Source: Chitinophagaceae bacterium (GTDB lineage: Bacteria > Bacteroidota > Bacteroidia > Chitinophagales > Chitinophagaceae). From it: a DNA stretch of 64,000 nucleotides. The DNA lies in assembly GCA_036402175.1 (NCBI GenBank), contig DASWTK010000052.1, positions 4,146 through 68,145 of the forward strand, written 5' to 3'. Positions 9,052-18,360 of the stretch are shown here, in pieces. The notes beneath the pieces were generated by a model, which was not told where the DNA came from, searched no databases, and was given only the letters and a program-made list of their open reading frames with translations. The number at the start of each line of letters is the position of its first letter. Position 1 is the first letter of the stretch. The translations under genes and the position numbers were made by a program.

Positions 9052-10220
9052 ATTTCAAAGGCCATGCCCTGGTGATCTTTATTGCCGCTGCCAACAATAC
9101 TGTTGCTTCCGCTCGCATGAATTAGGGCGTTTTCCATTGAGTTCATTTGTTGAATAGCTTCAATAATGTGATGGAAGGAATAATTTTTCCCTTCACAATA
9201 AATGATATTACTGCTATTGCCTTTTATTTCGATATTTCGCTTTCTCAACGACTGGCCAAGCAGTTTTACCGTTTCCTCATCACCTCTCAGCGTTGCATCT
9301 TCAATTGGCAAAACCTTGGGCATTATTGCTGAACCACGAATGACAGAAGCGACAGAGCGCAACCTGATGGCGGTAGTCAGCATGCCTGAAAAAATCAATC
9401 CGCTTCCAGAGCGGTAGTGCTTCTTAACAAACTGCCGCATGGCTTTGTAAAACAGTTTTACATACCCGGCATCTTTGCGCGTGCTTTCTCCTTTGAAATG
9501 AATGATGGTAGCTCCCGTAAAATAATAATTGCTCCTTCCTGTTTGCGATACGCGGTAACTGAGGTCGATATCCTCAGCATACATGAAGAATTGCTCATCA
9601 AATCCACCCACTTCTTTTAAAAGATTTGCAGGTGCCAGCATAAAGGCTCCAGCGAGTACATCGGCCCGCAGGGTTTCTCTTTCATTCAAATGACCCAGGT
9701 AATACCGGGCAAAAAGCTTAGAGGTCGGGAAAAGCGCCGTTAATCCGCTCATCTTGCAAAACGAAGCCCATGGAGTTGGCATGCCCCTTTTTGATTCCTT
9801 CAAAAAGTTTCCGCTTCCGTCCACCATTCGTATTCCCAATAATCCTGCATCCGGGTTTGCTTCAAGAAAAGAGATCGTCTTTTGAAACACGTCTTCGGGT
9901 AAAATGGTATCCGGGTTGAGAAAAAGAATATATTTCCCACTGGCCTGGCTTAATGCCTGGTTGTTAGCCCTGGAAAATCCTCTATTCTCCTTATTACCAA
10001 TAAACTTTACAAAGGGGAACCTCGGTTTCAGGTATTCTATGCTTCCATCAGTAGAATGATTGTCAACTACGATCACTTCTCCAAATGAGGCCTCTTGACG
10101 GTTGAGCGCTGCGCCGAAATCAAGCGCTTTTCTTACTGAGCAAAGGCATTGCTCCAGGAAGAATTTTACATTATAGTTTACAATGATGATGGAAAGAAGC
10201 AATTGCCTGTTATTAGTCAA
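9048..10220 (-). CDS. Glycosyltransferase family 2
   Basis: LSIIIVNYNVKFFLEQCL, VVDNHSTDGS, and the GT2 signature LNPDT...FMYAEDIDLSYR. Confidence 0.8.
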   Translation of the reverse strand: MTNNRQLLLSIIIVNYNVKFFLEQCLCSVRKALDFGAALNRQEASFGEVIVVDNHSTDGSIEYLKPRFPFVKFIGNKENRGFSRANNQALSQASGKYILFLNPDTILPEDVFQKTISFLEANPDAGLLGIRMVDGSGNFLKESKRGMPTPWASFCKMSGLTALFPTSKLFARYYLGHLNERETLRADVLAGAFMLAPANLLKEVGGFDEQFFMYAEDIDLSYRVSQTGRSNYYFTGATIIHFKGESTRKDAGYVKLFYKAMRQFVKKHYRSGSGLIFSGMLTTAIRLRSVASVIRGSAIMPKVLPIEDATLRGDEETVKLLGQSLRKRNIEIKGNSSNIIYCEGKNYSFHHIIEAIQQMNSMENALIHASGSNSIVGSGNKDHQGMAFEI

Positions 10221-10317
10221 CGAATATGCACCGGTTCTTTAATAACTGCGAATTACGGTTTTTTTTTGAAGCGGCTGTCCTTGCTTAAAAAGAGCCTGTC
10301 CCTATGTTGGCCTTTTC

Positions 10318-10325
10318 TATATTTG
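10318..10325 (+). promoter_or_regulatory. -7 promoter box TATATTTG abutting the suhB start
   Basis: Exact TAnnTTTG, only 4 nt before the ATG at 10330. Confidence 0.35.
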
Positions 10326-10329
10326 CAGC

Positions 10330-11115
10330 ATGTTAAAAAACACCTTGATAAAGGCTACAGAGGCTGGCGGGGCCATTCTGCGCGAGTATTTCAACCGCGA
10401 AATACAGATCAGTAATAAAGAAGGCATCAATAACCTGGTTACCGAGGCCGACCACAAGTCGGAGAAAGTAATCATCGATATCATTCAGAAGCAGTTCCCC
10501 GATCACTACATCATCAGTGAAGAAGTGGGCGAGATCAAAATGGATTCCTCGTACCGGTGGATAATTGATCCCATCGACGGTACTGTAAATTTTGCAAACG
10601 GCATTCCCATCTGTTGCGTTTCAATTGGGGTGGAGCATGAAGGAGAAATGGTAATGGGGGCGGTTTACAACCCATTCATCAATGAATTCTTTTTTGCCGA
10701 AAAGGGCGAGGGTTCCATGCTGAACGATCGCAGGATACAGGTAAGCAATAAGAGTGAAGTGTTAAGATCTTGCCTGGTTACCGGGTTCCCGTATACCTAC
10801 CTTGATATGCCGAACGGTCCCCTCCAGATATTTGAGCGTTTTATCCGCAAAGGAATACCGGTCAGAAGACTTGGCTCAGCCGCTATTGACCTTTGCTGGG
10901 TTGCCGCGGGCCGGTTTGATGGATTTTATGAAATGAATCTGCAGGCATGGGATAGCGCTGCCGGCTACCTGATTGTTGAAGAAGCCGGCGGGAAGGTCAC
11001 AGATTTTAAAGGCAACAAATTCTCACCTTACCAGACCTTTGTTCTGGCTACCAATGGAAAGATCCACGACGAAATGTTACAGTGGATCAATAACGAGGTG
11101 CCCGCACAAGTTTAA
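10330..11115 (+). CDS. suhB: Inositol monophosphatase family protein
   Basis: SEE...WIIDPIDGTVNF and WDSAAG motifs. Confidence 0.85.
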   Translation: MLKNTLIKATEAGGAILREYFNREIQISNKEGINNLVTEADHKSEKVIIDIIQKQFPDHYIISEEVGEIKMDSSYRWIIDPIDGTVNFANGIPICCVSIGVEHEGEMVMGAVYNPFINEFFFAEKGEGSMLNDRRIQVSNKSEVLRSCLVTGFPYTYLDMPNGPLQIFERFIRKGIPVRRLGSAAIDLCWVAAGRFDGFYEMNLQAWDSAAGYLIVEEAGGKVTDFKGNKFSPYQTFVLATNGKIHDEMLQWINNEVPAQV

Positions 11116-11123
11116 TTCGCAAC

Positions 11124-12155
11124 ATGGAAAATGCAAGAACAGAAATATCAGCGCTTGGCGAGTTTGGCCTGATCAAACACCTGACCAGGAACATCGAGCT
11201 GCAGAATGCTTCCACTATTGTAGGTGTGGGAGATGATGCCGCGGTTATTGATCATTTCGGTAAGCAGACCGTTATCACAACCGACATGCTGGTTGAAGGC
11301 ATTCACTTCGATCTGATGTACACCCCGTTGAAACACCTGGGTTATAAAAGTGTAGTGGTGAACCTCAGCGATGTGTACGCGATGAATGCAATTCCCACAC
11401 ATATCACGGTTAACATCGCCTTTAGCAACAGGTTCAGCCTGGAAGCCCTGGAAGATTTTTATGAAGGTGTTTATACCGCTTGCAGAAATTATGGGGTTGA
11501 CCTGATAGGAGGCGATACTTCCTCCTCACAGAAAGGATTTATAATTTCCATTACCGCATTGGGAGAAGTTAGTCCCGGCAAATATGTACAGAGAAGTACC
11601 GCAAAGGCTGGCGACCTGCTTTGCTGCACCGGCGACCTAGGCGCCTCATACCTTGGGTTATTGTTCCTTGAAAGAGAGAAAAAGATCTTTCTTGAGAATC
11701 CCCAGATTCAACCCGACCTTGAAAATGAGGATTATGTAATAGGCCGGTTACTGAAACCGGAAGCCAGAAAAGACATCATTGAATTTTTTGAGGCCAGCAA
11801 CATCATGCCAACGGCCATGATGGATATAAGCGACGGCTTAAGCTCGGAAATTCTTCACATCTGCGAACAAAGCAATCTGGGGTGCCGGGTTTATGAGGAA
11901 AAATTACCGATTGACGAAGCTACCCGTAAGGCCGCTTTCAAATTTGAAATGGATCCCACAGCCTGCGCGCTAAGCGGCGGTGAAGATTACGAACTGCTGT
12001 TCACCCTTCCCCAATCGGAATATGAAAAGCTGGTTCTCAATGAACAGATCAGCGTAATTGGCTATATGACCGAAGCGGAGGAAGGATCAAAAGTGATCAC
12101 AAAAGGCGGAAGTGTGCATAATATTACCGCCCAGGGCTGGAATGCATTTAAATAA
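11124..12155 (+). CDS. thiL: Thiamine-monophosphate kinase
   Basis: GEFGLI, GDDAAV, TTDMLVEGIHF and GGDTS motifs of the AIR-synthase-related ThiL family. Confidence 0.85.
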   Translation: MENARTEISALGEFGLIKHLTRNIELQNASTIVGVGDDAAVIDHFGKQTVITTDMLVEGIHFDLMYTPLKHLGYKSVVVNLSDVYAMNAIPTHITVNIAFSNRFSLEALEDFYEGVYTACRNYGVDLIGGDTSSSQKGFIISITALGEVSPGKYVQRSTAKAGDLLCCTGDLGASYLGLLFLEREKKIFLENPQIQPDLENEDYVIGRLLKPEARKDIIEFFEASNIMPTAMMDISDGLSSEILHICEQSNLGCRVYEEKLPIDEATRKAAFKFEMDPTACALSGGEDYELLFTLPQSEYEKLVLNEQISVIGYMTEAEEGSKVITKGGSVHNITAQGWNAFK

Positions 12156-12216
12156 TAACTCGTCGTTCATACAATTTTAGGGGCTCATTTCCTGTTTGGA
12201 GAGTATTTTTAAGTTT

Positions 12217-13725
12217 ATGCATAGCAGATTGATATGGGGATGGACCCTGGTGGCTTTGATTGTGCTTACAGGCTGCTCAGCCAGCCGGGAATCGTTCCGG
12301 CCAAATAAAAAATATGCGCCTGCCCAGTTGCAGGCAGACTATACCGTTTTCCGTAACATTCTGGAAGAATCACATCCAAGTTTATATTGGTATACTTCCA
12401 GGGACAGCATGAACTATTATTTTGATCTTGGTTACTCGCGGCTTACTGATTCCATGACCGAGCCAGCTTTTCGAACGTTACTGAGTTATGTAATCTCAAA
12501 GATCAACTGCGGACATACCACCACACGATATTCAAAAAGATACAGCAAGTTCCTTGACACGATCAGGAGGGTAAAATCATTTCCGCTCACTTTCAAGTTG
12601 TGGAAAGACACCATGGTTGTTACTTCTAATCTCAACAGAAGAGATTCTTTACTTAGAAGAGGAACGATAATACATTCTATCAACGGCATTCCACACCAGG
12701 AGGTCACCGATACGCTGTTTAAATACATTGCTACAGATGGCTTCAACGATGTATCGAAATACCAGCAGCTAAGCAATCGTGGTAATTACGGCGGATGGTA
12801 CCGAAACGTTTTTGGTTTGCCCGACCGCTTTTCGATTGGGTACTTAGATAGTACCGGCATCCAAAAATATACTTCGGTTCCGCTATATGATCCCGCCACT
12901 GATACCGGGCGGCCGGTATTTCCCCGCATGCGCAAACTTTCAAAAAAGGAGCAGCGCAGGCTTGAACTGCTATCGGTTCGTAACGTGCAGGTAGATACAA
13001 CGCTTCAGTCGGCATTCATGACGGTGAATTCATTCAGCCGCGGCAACCTGCTGAAATCATTCATTAAAAAATCATTCAGATCATTACAGGAAAATAATAT
13101 CCGCCATCTGGTGATTGACGTGCGTGGAAATGGCGGGGGCGACGCATCGCTATCTACCCTGTTAACCCGCTATCTGATACAGAAAAAATTCAAGCTTACC
13201 GATTCGCTTTATGCCGTGAGCAGATCCAGCCGCTATGGAAAACATATCCAGAACCAATGGATCTACTGGACCATCATGCAGTTTCTCACCAAAAAGAGAA
13301 ATGACGGCCTTTATCATTTCGGATATTTTGAACGCCATTATTTTAAGCCGAGGCGAAAACATCATTTCAATGGCAATATCTACATTCTGACGGGAGGAAA
13401 TTCTTTCTCCGCTACCACGCTGTTCGCAGGCGCATTAAAAGGACAACACAATGTGAAGATCATAGGTGAAGAAACCGGAGGCGCTGCCTATGGCAATTCT
13501 GCCTGGATGATACCAGATGTAACGTTGCCGCATACCCGCGTGCGGTTCAGGTTGCCAAAGTTCCGGCTTGTTGTCAGCAAAGACCTGGTGAAAGATGGTA
13601 GGGGCGTTCAGCCTGATATACTTGCTCTTCCTACCGTTGACGCCATAAAACGAGGGATAGACTATAAGGTAGAAGCTGTGCGGCAGATCATCATTTCGAA
13701 CTCAACCGGCAATGCGGGTAAATGA
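12217..13725 (+). CDS. S41-family peptidase, probable lipoprotein
   Basis: Lipobox LTGCS after the ATG at 12217; DVRGNGGGD and GGNSFSATTLFAGALK resemble the S41 catalytic region. Confidence 0.65.
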   Translation: MHSRLIWGWTLVALIVLTGCSASRESFRPNKKYAPAQLQADYTVFRNILEESHPSLYWYTSRDSMNYYFDLGYSRLTDSMTEPAFRTLLSYVISKINCGHTTTRYSKRYSKFLDTIRRVKSFPLTFKLWKDTMVVTSNLNRRDSLLRRGTIIHSINGIPHQEVTDTLFKYIATDGFNDVSKYQQLSNRGNYGGWYRNVFGLPDRFSIGYLDSTGIQKYTSVPLYDPATDTGRPVFPRMRKLSKKEQRRLELLSVRNVQVDTTLQSAFMTVNSFSRGNLLKSFIKKSFRSLQENNIRHLVIDVRGNGGGDASLSTLLTRYLIQKKFKLTDSLYAVSRSSRYGKHIQNQWIYWTIMQFLTKKRNDGLYHFGYFERHYFKPRRKHHFNGNIYILTGGNSFSATTLFAGALKGQHNVKIIGEETGGAAYGNSAWMIPDVTLPHTRVRFRLPKFRLVVSKDLVKDGRGVQPDILALPTVDAIKRGIDYKVEAVRQIIISNSTGNAGK

Positions 13726-14838
13726 TCCGTTTGTAAATATTCCTTTTAGTTGAAAGTCTTTGTCAAACCAAACCATTTCAGCATCGAACCCTTTTGCTAT
13801 ACGACCCAGTCTTTGATGCATGCTCAGCACACGTGCAGGATAAAGAGAAGCCATTCTGAACGATTCATCTTCCGCAATTCCCGCATGTTCTATACAGTTC
13901 TTTACAGCCTTCAGCATGGTAAGGGCGGAACCCGATAAAGTTCCATCGGGCATTACATATTTATCGCCCTGCAGCCTGTGCTGATATACGCCACTGGTAT
14001 TTTCTGTGACTGCGTCTGTTATAATGAAAAGTCGCTCACCCATGACCTTTTTAGCGATAGCGATCACAGGGTAATCTACATGATGACCATCAGGAATAAT
14101 GCTTGCGTTTACATCTGGATGATGCATGATTGCTCCGGCCATTCCCGGCGCACGATGTTGTAGTGGTGACATTGCATTGAATAGGTGCGTTGCCAGTTTA
14201 ATGCCGCCATCAAATGCTTCCATGGCTTCACTGAACGTTGCGTTTGTATGACCTGCTGAAACAATAACCCCATGCTCCTGCAGGTAACTGATGATCTGGG
14301 GAGTGCATACTTCAGGAGCAAGCGTCATCATTTTTATAACGCCCATGCCCGGTCGCAGTAATTCTTCAACATCTTTAACAGAAGGTTTTCTGATATGTTC
14401 CGGTATATGCGCGCCGCGCCTCAGCGGATTGATATAGGGGCCTTCCAGGTGAAGTCCCGCAACTCCGGTCAGTCCTTTTTGCCAGTATTCACGTACGGCT
14501 TCAATTGCCGCGATCATTATTTCCTGTGAATTGGTTGCTACCGTGGGCAGTATAAGCGTTGCGCCGCCGGAGCGCGAATATTCTACAGTTGCGTTCAATG
14601 CATCCAGAGAGGGATGTTCGCCAAAAAGTTTGCCGTTTCCACCATACAGCTGAATGTCGATGAAGGCCGGCACCAGCAAACCACCTTCAAGGTTAATTTC
14701 ATTCCCCATCGGCATATCTAATACAGCAGCCTTCTTTTCACCGACTGAAATGATGGTGGATTGCTGTACTTCGACAACTGCATCTTCCAGGAATTCGTCA
14801 CCGGTAAAAATCCGGCCATTATAAAGAACTGTTCTCAT
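13702..14838 (-). CDS. nagA: N-acetylglucosamine-6-phosphate deacetylase
   Basis: PAFIDIQLYGG, HLEGPYIN, SAGHTNAT and THLFNAM motifs. Confidence 0.85.
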   Translation of the reverse strand: MRTVLYNGRIFTGDEFLEDAVVEVQQSTIISVGEKKAAVLDMPMGNEINLEGGLLVPAFIDIQLYGGNGKLFGEHPSLDALNATVEYSRSGGATLILPTVATNSQEIMIAAIEAVREYWQKGLTGVAGLHLEGPYINPLRRGAHIPEHIRKPSVKDVEELLRPGMGVIKMMTLAPEVCTPQIISYLQEHGVIVSAGHTNATFSEAMEAFDGGIKLATHLFNAMSPLQHRAPGMAGAIMHHPDVNASIIPDGHHVDYPVIAIAKKVMGERLFIITDAVTENTSGVYQHRLQGDKYVMPDGTLSGSALTMLKAVKNCIEHAGIAEDESFRMASLYPARVLSMHQRLGRIAKGFDAEMVWFDKDFQLKGIFTNGSFTRIAG

Positions 14839-15638
14839 TCAACCTTTTCTTCGATGGGGTTCAGTATTCTGAATTCGTCGGCGTCTTTCCAGAATGGAAA
14901 TTTGCTTCTGACCTCATCCAGCAATTCCTTTGTTATTGTGTGGGTATGTACATCTTCCTCATGCGCCTTCTCATAAATCACTTCACCAAGCGGATCAACG
15001 ATCATTGAATTGCCGATATAATAAATATCATTTCCATCGGTACCCACTCTGTTCACACCAACCACGTATGCCTGATTTTCTATGGCCCTTGCCTGCAACA
15101 ATGTTTTCCACGCATGGTTGCGTCTTTCCGGCCAGTTTGCCACATACACTAGCATATCGTATTCTCCTTCGCTTCGCTGTCTTGCCCAAACCGGAAATCT
15201 CAGGTCATAACACACCTGCAGATTGATCTTCCATCCATTCACAGAAGCTATCATACGCTTAGATCCCGATGCGAAATGCTGGTCCTCGCCGGCATACCCA
15301 AACCGGTGGCGCTTATCGTAATAACCATACTGACCATTCGGTAACATCCATACCAGACGGTTATAGTACAATCCATCGTCCTCTATGATAAGGCTTCCTG
15401 CTATGATCACTTTCTTTTCCTTTGCGATCTTCTGCATCCACTGAACGGAAGGGCCATCCATTTTTTCGGCCAATACTTTGGGACGCATGCTGAAGCCCGT
15501 GTTGAACATCTCGGGCAGAAATATCACATTTGATTTCCGATCAGCAGCATTGATCTTTTCTTCGAACATCTTCAGATTGGCAGCTTTATCTTCCCAATGA
15601 AGATCTGACTGAATTAAGGTTATTGAAAGTGTGGACAT
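14835..15638 (-). CDS. Carbon-nitrogen hydrolase (nitrilase superfamily, omega-amidase/YafV-like)
   Basis: LPEMFNTGF (Glu), a conserved Lys region, and QVCYDLRFP (catalytic Cys). Start trimmed to MSTLSITLIQ (ATG at 15638); the longer track ORF would overlap the upstream gene. Confidence 0.8.
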   Translation of the reverse strand: MSTLSITLIQSDLHWEDKAANLKMFEEKINAADRKSNVIFLPEMFNTGFSMRPKVLAEKMDGPSVQWMQKIAKEKKVIIAGSLIIEDDGLYYNRLVWMLPNGQYGYYDKRHRFGYAGEDQHFASGSKRMIASVNGWKINLQVCYDLRFPVWARQRSEGEYDMLVYVANWPERRNHAWKTLLQARAIENQAYVVGVNRVGTDGNDIYYIGNSMIVDPLGEVIYEKAHEEDVHTHTITKELLDEVRSKFPFWKDADEFRILNPIEEKVE

Positions 15639-15661
15639 ATTCGTTCGTGCTGAATGATAAA

Positions 15662-16675
15662 CTAATAAAACCGGTAAGCAAGTTGTACAGATCCATAGTT
15701 TTCCTTTCTCCTCATTCCACGTGCCTCCCGGGTGCGATGTACCACAGCAAAAATTATACTGCATCTGTCCTGTGCAAACATTAATCCCATCCTGTGCTGA
15801 TAAAGCCAGGGTTGAAGTTCCGCCCTGACCGGACCCTTATCGCTTCGGAAAAGACCGCCCTGTAAAGTTGCATTATATACCTGCAACATGACTTCCGGTT
15901 GATAAAAAATAAAGAATTCGCTTTTGCGAAAATAACCGGCCTGCTCACGATGTAACCTGCTGCTCCAGGCAACGGATTGGGAAGGCTTTTCCAAAAGTCC
16001 GATCCGCAAAAGCAAGCCTGCAACCCCATTGGTAAATGTATTACCCGCACTTGCTTTTACGATTGCATTCAGGTCTAAGCCGGATCCGCGCCTGAGTTCA
16101 CCGGTAACAGGATGTGTGTATTGCGCATGAATATTCAGGCCAAATTCATCTTTCAATTGATAATCCCATCCCTCTACTTTGTAAATATTGATAAGATCGT
16201 GGTAAACACGCTGCGTTTGTTCAGCGCCTGAAGGTTTTCCAAGAATGCCCGCCGATAAGCCGTATTGTAGATTCGCTTCGTTGCTGAAAAATCCCGAACG
16301 GGATGCCTTAACAAATAAATACCCCGCAAATGGCCGGTCCATTTGCTCAGGATCAGTGATGCTGTATTTGTATGGATTGAATATCATCTGGCCCAGCTCA
16401 TAACGCATTATCACCTTGCCTGCTGAGCGCTTTTTTATTCCTGCCAGGTGCTGAAATGAAAAATAAAACCCATTGGTATAATAACCATCTCGTTTTTGAA
16501 GCAGATAATTGTCGTTCTCTGTTGTGAAGCTGATCTCTTTAGAATAATGACCAGGCGCGCGCTGCGCAAACAACGACTGGCTTAACGCCATCATTACCAG
16601 AACCGGTATGATACTACGCAAACCCATCCCTGAATTTTTATCAAAGTAAATTTTTTTTGACCGGTTAATCAACAT
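15662..16675 (-). CDS. Lipid A deacylase LpxR-like outer-membrane protein (DUF2219-type)
   Basis: Signal peptide, then FTTENDNYLLQKRDGYYTNGFYFSF, as I remember for LpxR-family proteins. An alternative start exists at 16627. Confidence 0.5.
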   Translation of the reverse strand: MLINRSKKIYFDKNSGMGLRSIIPVLVMMALSQSLFAQRAPGHYSKEISFTTENDNYLLQKRDGYYTNGFYFSFQHLAGIKKRSAGKVIMRYELGQMIFNPYKYSITDPEQMDRPFAGYLFVKASRSGFFSNEANLQYGLSAGILGKPSGAEQTQRVYHDLINIYKVEGWDYQLKDEFGLNIHAQYTHPVTGELRRGSGLDLNAIVKASAGNTFTNGVAGLLLRIGLLEKPSQSVAWSSRLHREQAGYFRKSEFFIFYQPEVMLQVYNATLQGGLFRSDKGPVRAELQPWLYQHRMGLMFAQDRCSIIFAVVHRTREARGMRRKENYGSVQLAYRFY

Positions 16676-16717
16676 TGAATTTCAGGCAATACAATTAAGA
16701 ACGCCTTTGACGGGCAT

Positions 16718-17212
16718 TCAACCTTGGTTGTCTTCACCGTTGCCCAGCGGTTTTAATACCACATCTATAAGCCTTGGTTCAAATCCTTTTTGCACCAGGT
16801 ATGACCGGGTTTTTTGAAGCCTGATAAATCGGTTGCCTTCTTTTTTAAGGGTATTCCATTTTTTTTCGGCCAGTTTACGCAACAATTGCAGATAGGGCTC
16901 CTCTTCAATCTCTTCAAGGGCCCTGCGAATGCAATAATCACTCACGCGCCTTTGCTTCAACGCCTGGGCAATTTTTATCCTGCCCCAATGTTTAATGCGG
17001 AATTTTCCTCCGGCAAACTGAATGGCAAAACGTTCTTCGTTAAGGTAGTTTTCTTCAATCAACTGAGATATTGATTCCTCAACCTCCTGCTTCCGCAAAT
17101 TGAAACTGTAAAGTTTTTCCTTCACCTCCTGGTGCGAACGATCCTGGTAACTGCAATAATGACGAAGCTTTTGAAGCGCCTGCTCCTTGCTCAATTGTTG
17201 TCCGCGAAACAT
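16718..17212 (-). CDS. recX: RecX regulatory protein
   Basis: Size and helical-repeat pattern (ALQKLRHYCSYQDRSHQEVKEKL ... NEERFAIQFAGGKFRIKHWGRIKI). Confidence 0.75.
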   Translation of the reverse strand: MFRGQQLSKEQALQKLRHYCSYQDRSHQEVKEKLYSFNLRKQEVEESISQLIEENYLNEERFAIQFAGGKFRIKHWGRIKIAQALKQRRVSDYCIRRALEEIEEEPYLQLLRKLAEKKWNTLKKEGNRFIRLQKTRSYLVQKGFEPRLIDVVLKPLGNGEDNQG

Positions 17213-17245
17213 CCGGCAAAATTAGCCGATAAAATTATTGGATGC

Positions 17246-18346
17246 TTATTCCTCCAGCCTCTCGGTACATCCGTATTCTTTCTTCAGCACATTATCGTAT
17301 TCATCTGCTTTTTTAAAAAGGTGCCTGAAAAGGTTTGTACCGCTTTCCTTGTTGATGTCGAGGTCGTAGATGATGCGCGAGAGCACAATGTTCTGATTCA
17401 CGCAACTAAGCACCAGGCCGTTCATATTATAATTTTCCTGCAGCAGAAACGTATAAAGGGGAATTATCATCGAGCTGTCGGCGGGTAACTGGCATAGGTA
17501 TGCGTCGCCGGCAATGAAATAATTTTCCTGGTTGTAATGTATTTTTATTTTGGCGCTGCCTTCTTTCACTTCCCACCTGTTTACTCCCTCCCTCGCAAGC
17601 TTCACATCCTTGCCCAGCTCACGGAGAATGTCCTCGATCATTTTGCCGATGCCTACTGCCTCGACTTCTTTCTCCGGCAATTGCGGCAATTTAACTTCGG
17701 TACCGCAGGAAGGACAATACTTGCCTGAATCAATATTAGTTGCAAGCACCAACGTATCGCAACTATGGCACCTGGTAGACGGCTTGCCGCGGTGCGGCGC
17801 ATACAAAGCAAGGGCTGTGTGGAGATAACTAACCGGCAACGCAAATCCAAGATTATCGCCTCCTTTGATAATAAAAGAATTTACTCCCAGCACTTCTCCT
17901 TTCTCATTTACCAGTGGCCCGCCGCTGTTACCCGGATTAATGGCTGCGTCAACCTGGATATACTTCAGACCACCGCGTATCCGGTCAACTTTTGAGATCA
18001 CGCCCTGTGTGGCTGTATAAATAAGGTCGAACGGGTGTCCAAGCGCTACCACTTCGTCACCCTGTTTTATTCCATCATATTTTCCCAGTTGCACCGCGGG
18101 AAGGTCAACGCCTTGCGGGGGAGCTACGAACGCGAGGTCGTGCTTCTTGTCGGTATACCATACGTGCGCCAGCTGCTTGTCAAAATCTTTTCCCGCAATG
18201 CTCACTTCCGCATTCTTGTCAACAACATGGTCGTTGGTGACAATGAGATCGAAGTCCCTGACATAAAAACCGGTGCCGGTTCCCGTTTGCGTTGCTATTT
18301 GTATGATGGCCTCTTCGAAACCCTCTATAACATTTCTGAAATCCAT
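17246..18346 (-). CDS. Trypsin-like (S1C) serine protease fused to a zinc ribbon and a C-terminal YbjN-like domain
   Basis: Triad contexts TNDHVV, HDLAFV, GNSGGPL; CHSCDT...CPSCGT four-Cys ribbon; the C-terminal ~130 aa aligns to the N-terminal domain of the upstream gene product. Confidence 0.75.
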   Translation of the reverse strand: MDFRNVIEGFEEAIIQIATQTGTGTGFYVRDFDLIVTNDHVVDKNAEVSIAGKDFDKQLAHVWYTDKKHDLAFVAPPQGVDLPAVQLGKYDGIKQGDEVVALGHPFDLIYTATQGVISKVDRIRGGLKYIQVDAAINPGNSGGPLVNEKGEVLGVNSFIIKGGDNLGFALPVSYLHTALALYAPHRGKPSTRCHSCDTLVLATNIDSGKYCPSCGTEVKLPQLPEKEVEAVGIGKMIEDILRELGKDVKLAREGVNRWEVKEGSAKIKIHYNQENYFIAGDAYLCQLPADSSMIIPLYTFLLQENYNMNGLVLSCVNQNIVLSRIIYDLDINKESGTNLFRHLFKKADEYDNVLKKEYGCTERLEE

Positions 18347-18360
18347 TCCTGATTACTTTT

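Noticed and set aside
14835-15764. N-terminal extensions in the ORF track (for example 14835-15764, 31712-33856, 35998-37491, 18361-19761, 41530-42462, 7957-9051)
   Set aside because: In each case an internal ATG gives a canonical N-terminus (signal peptide, lipobox or family-typical start) and removes the overlap with the neighbouring gene. The extensions are Cys/His-rich or otherwise non-protein-like.
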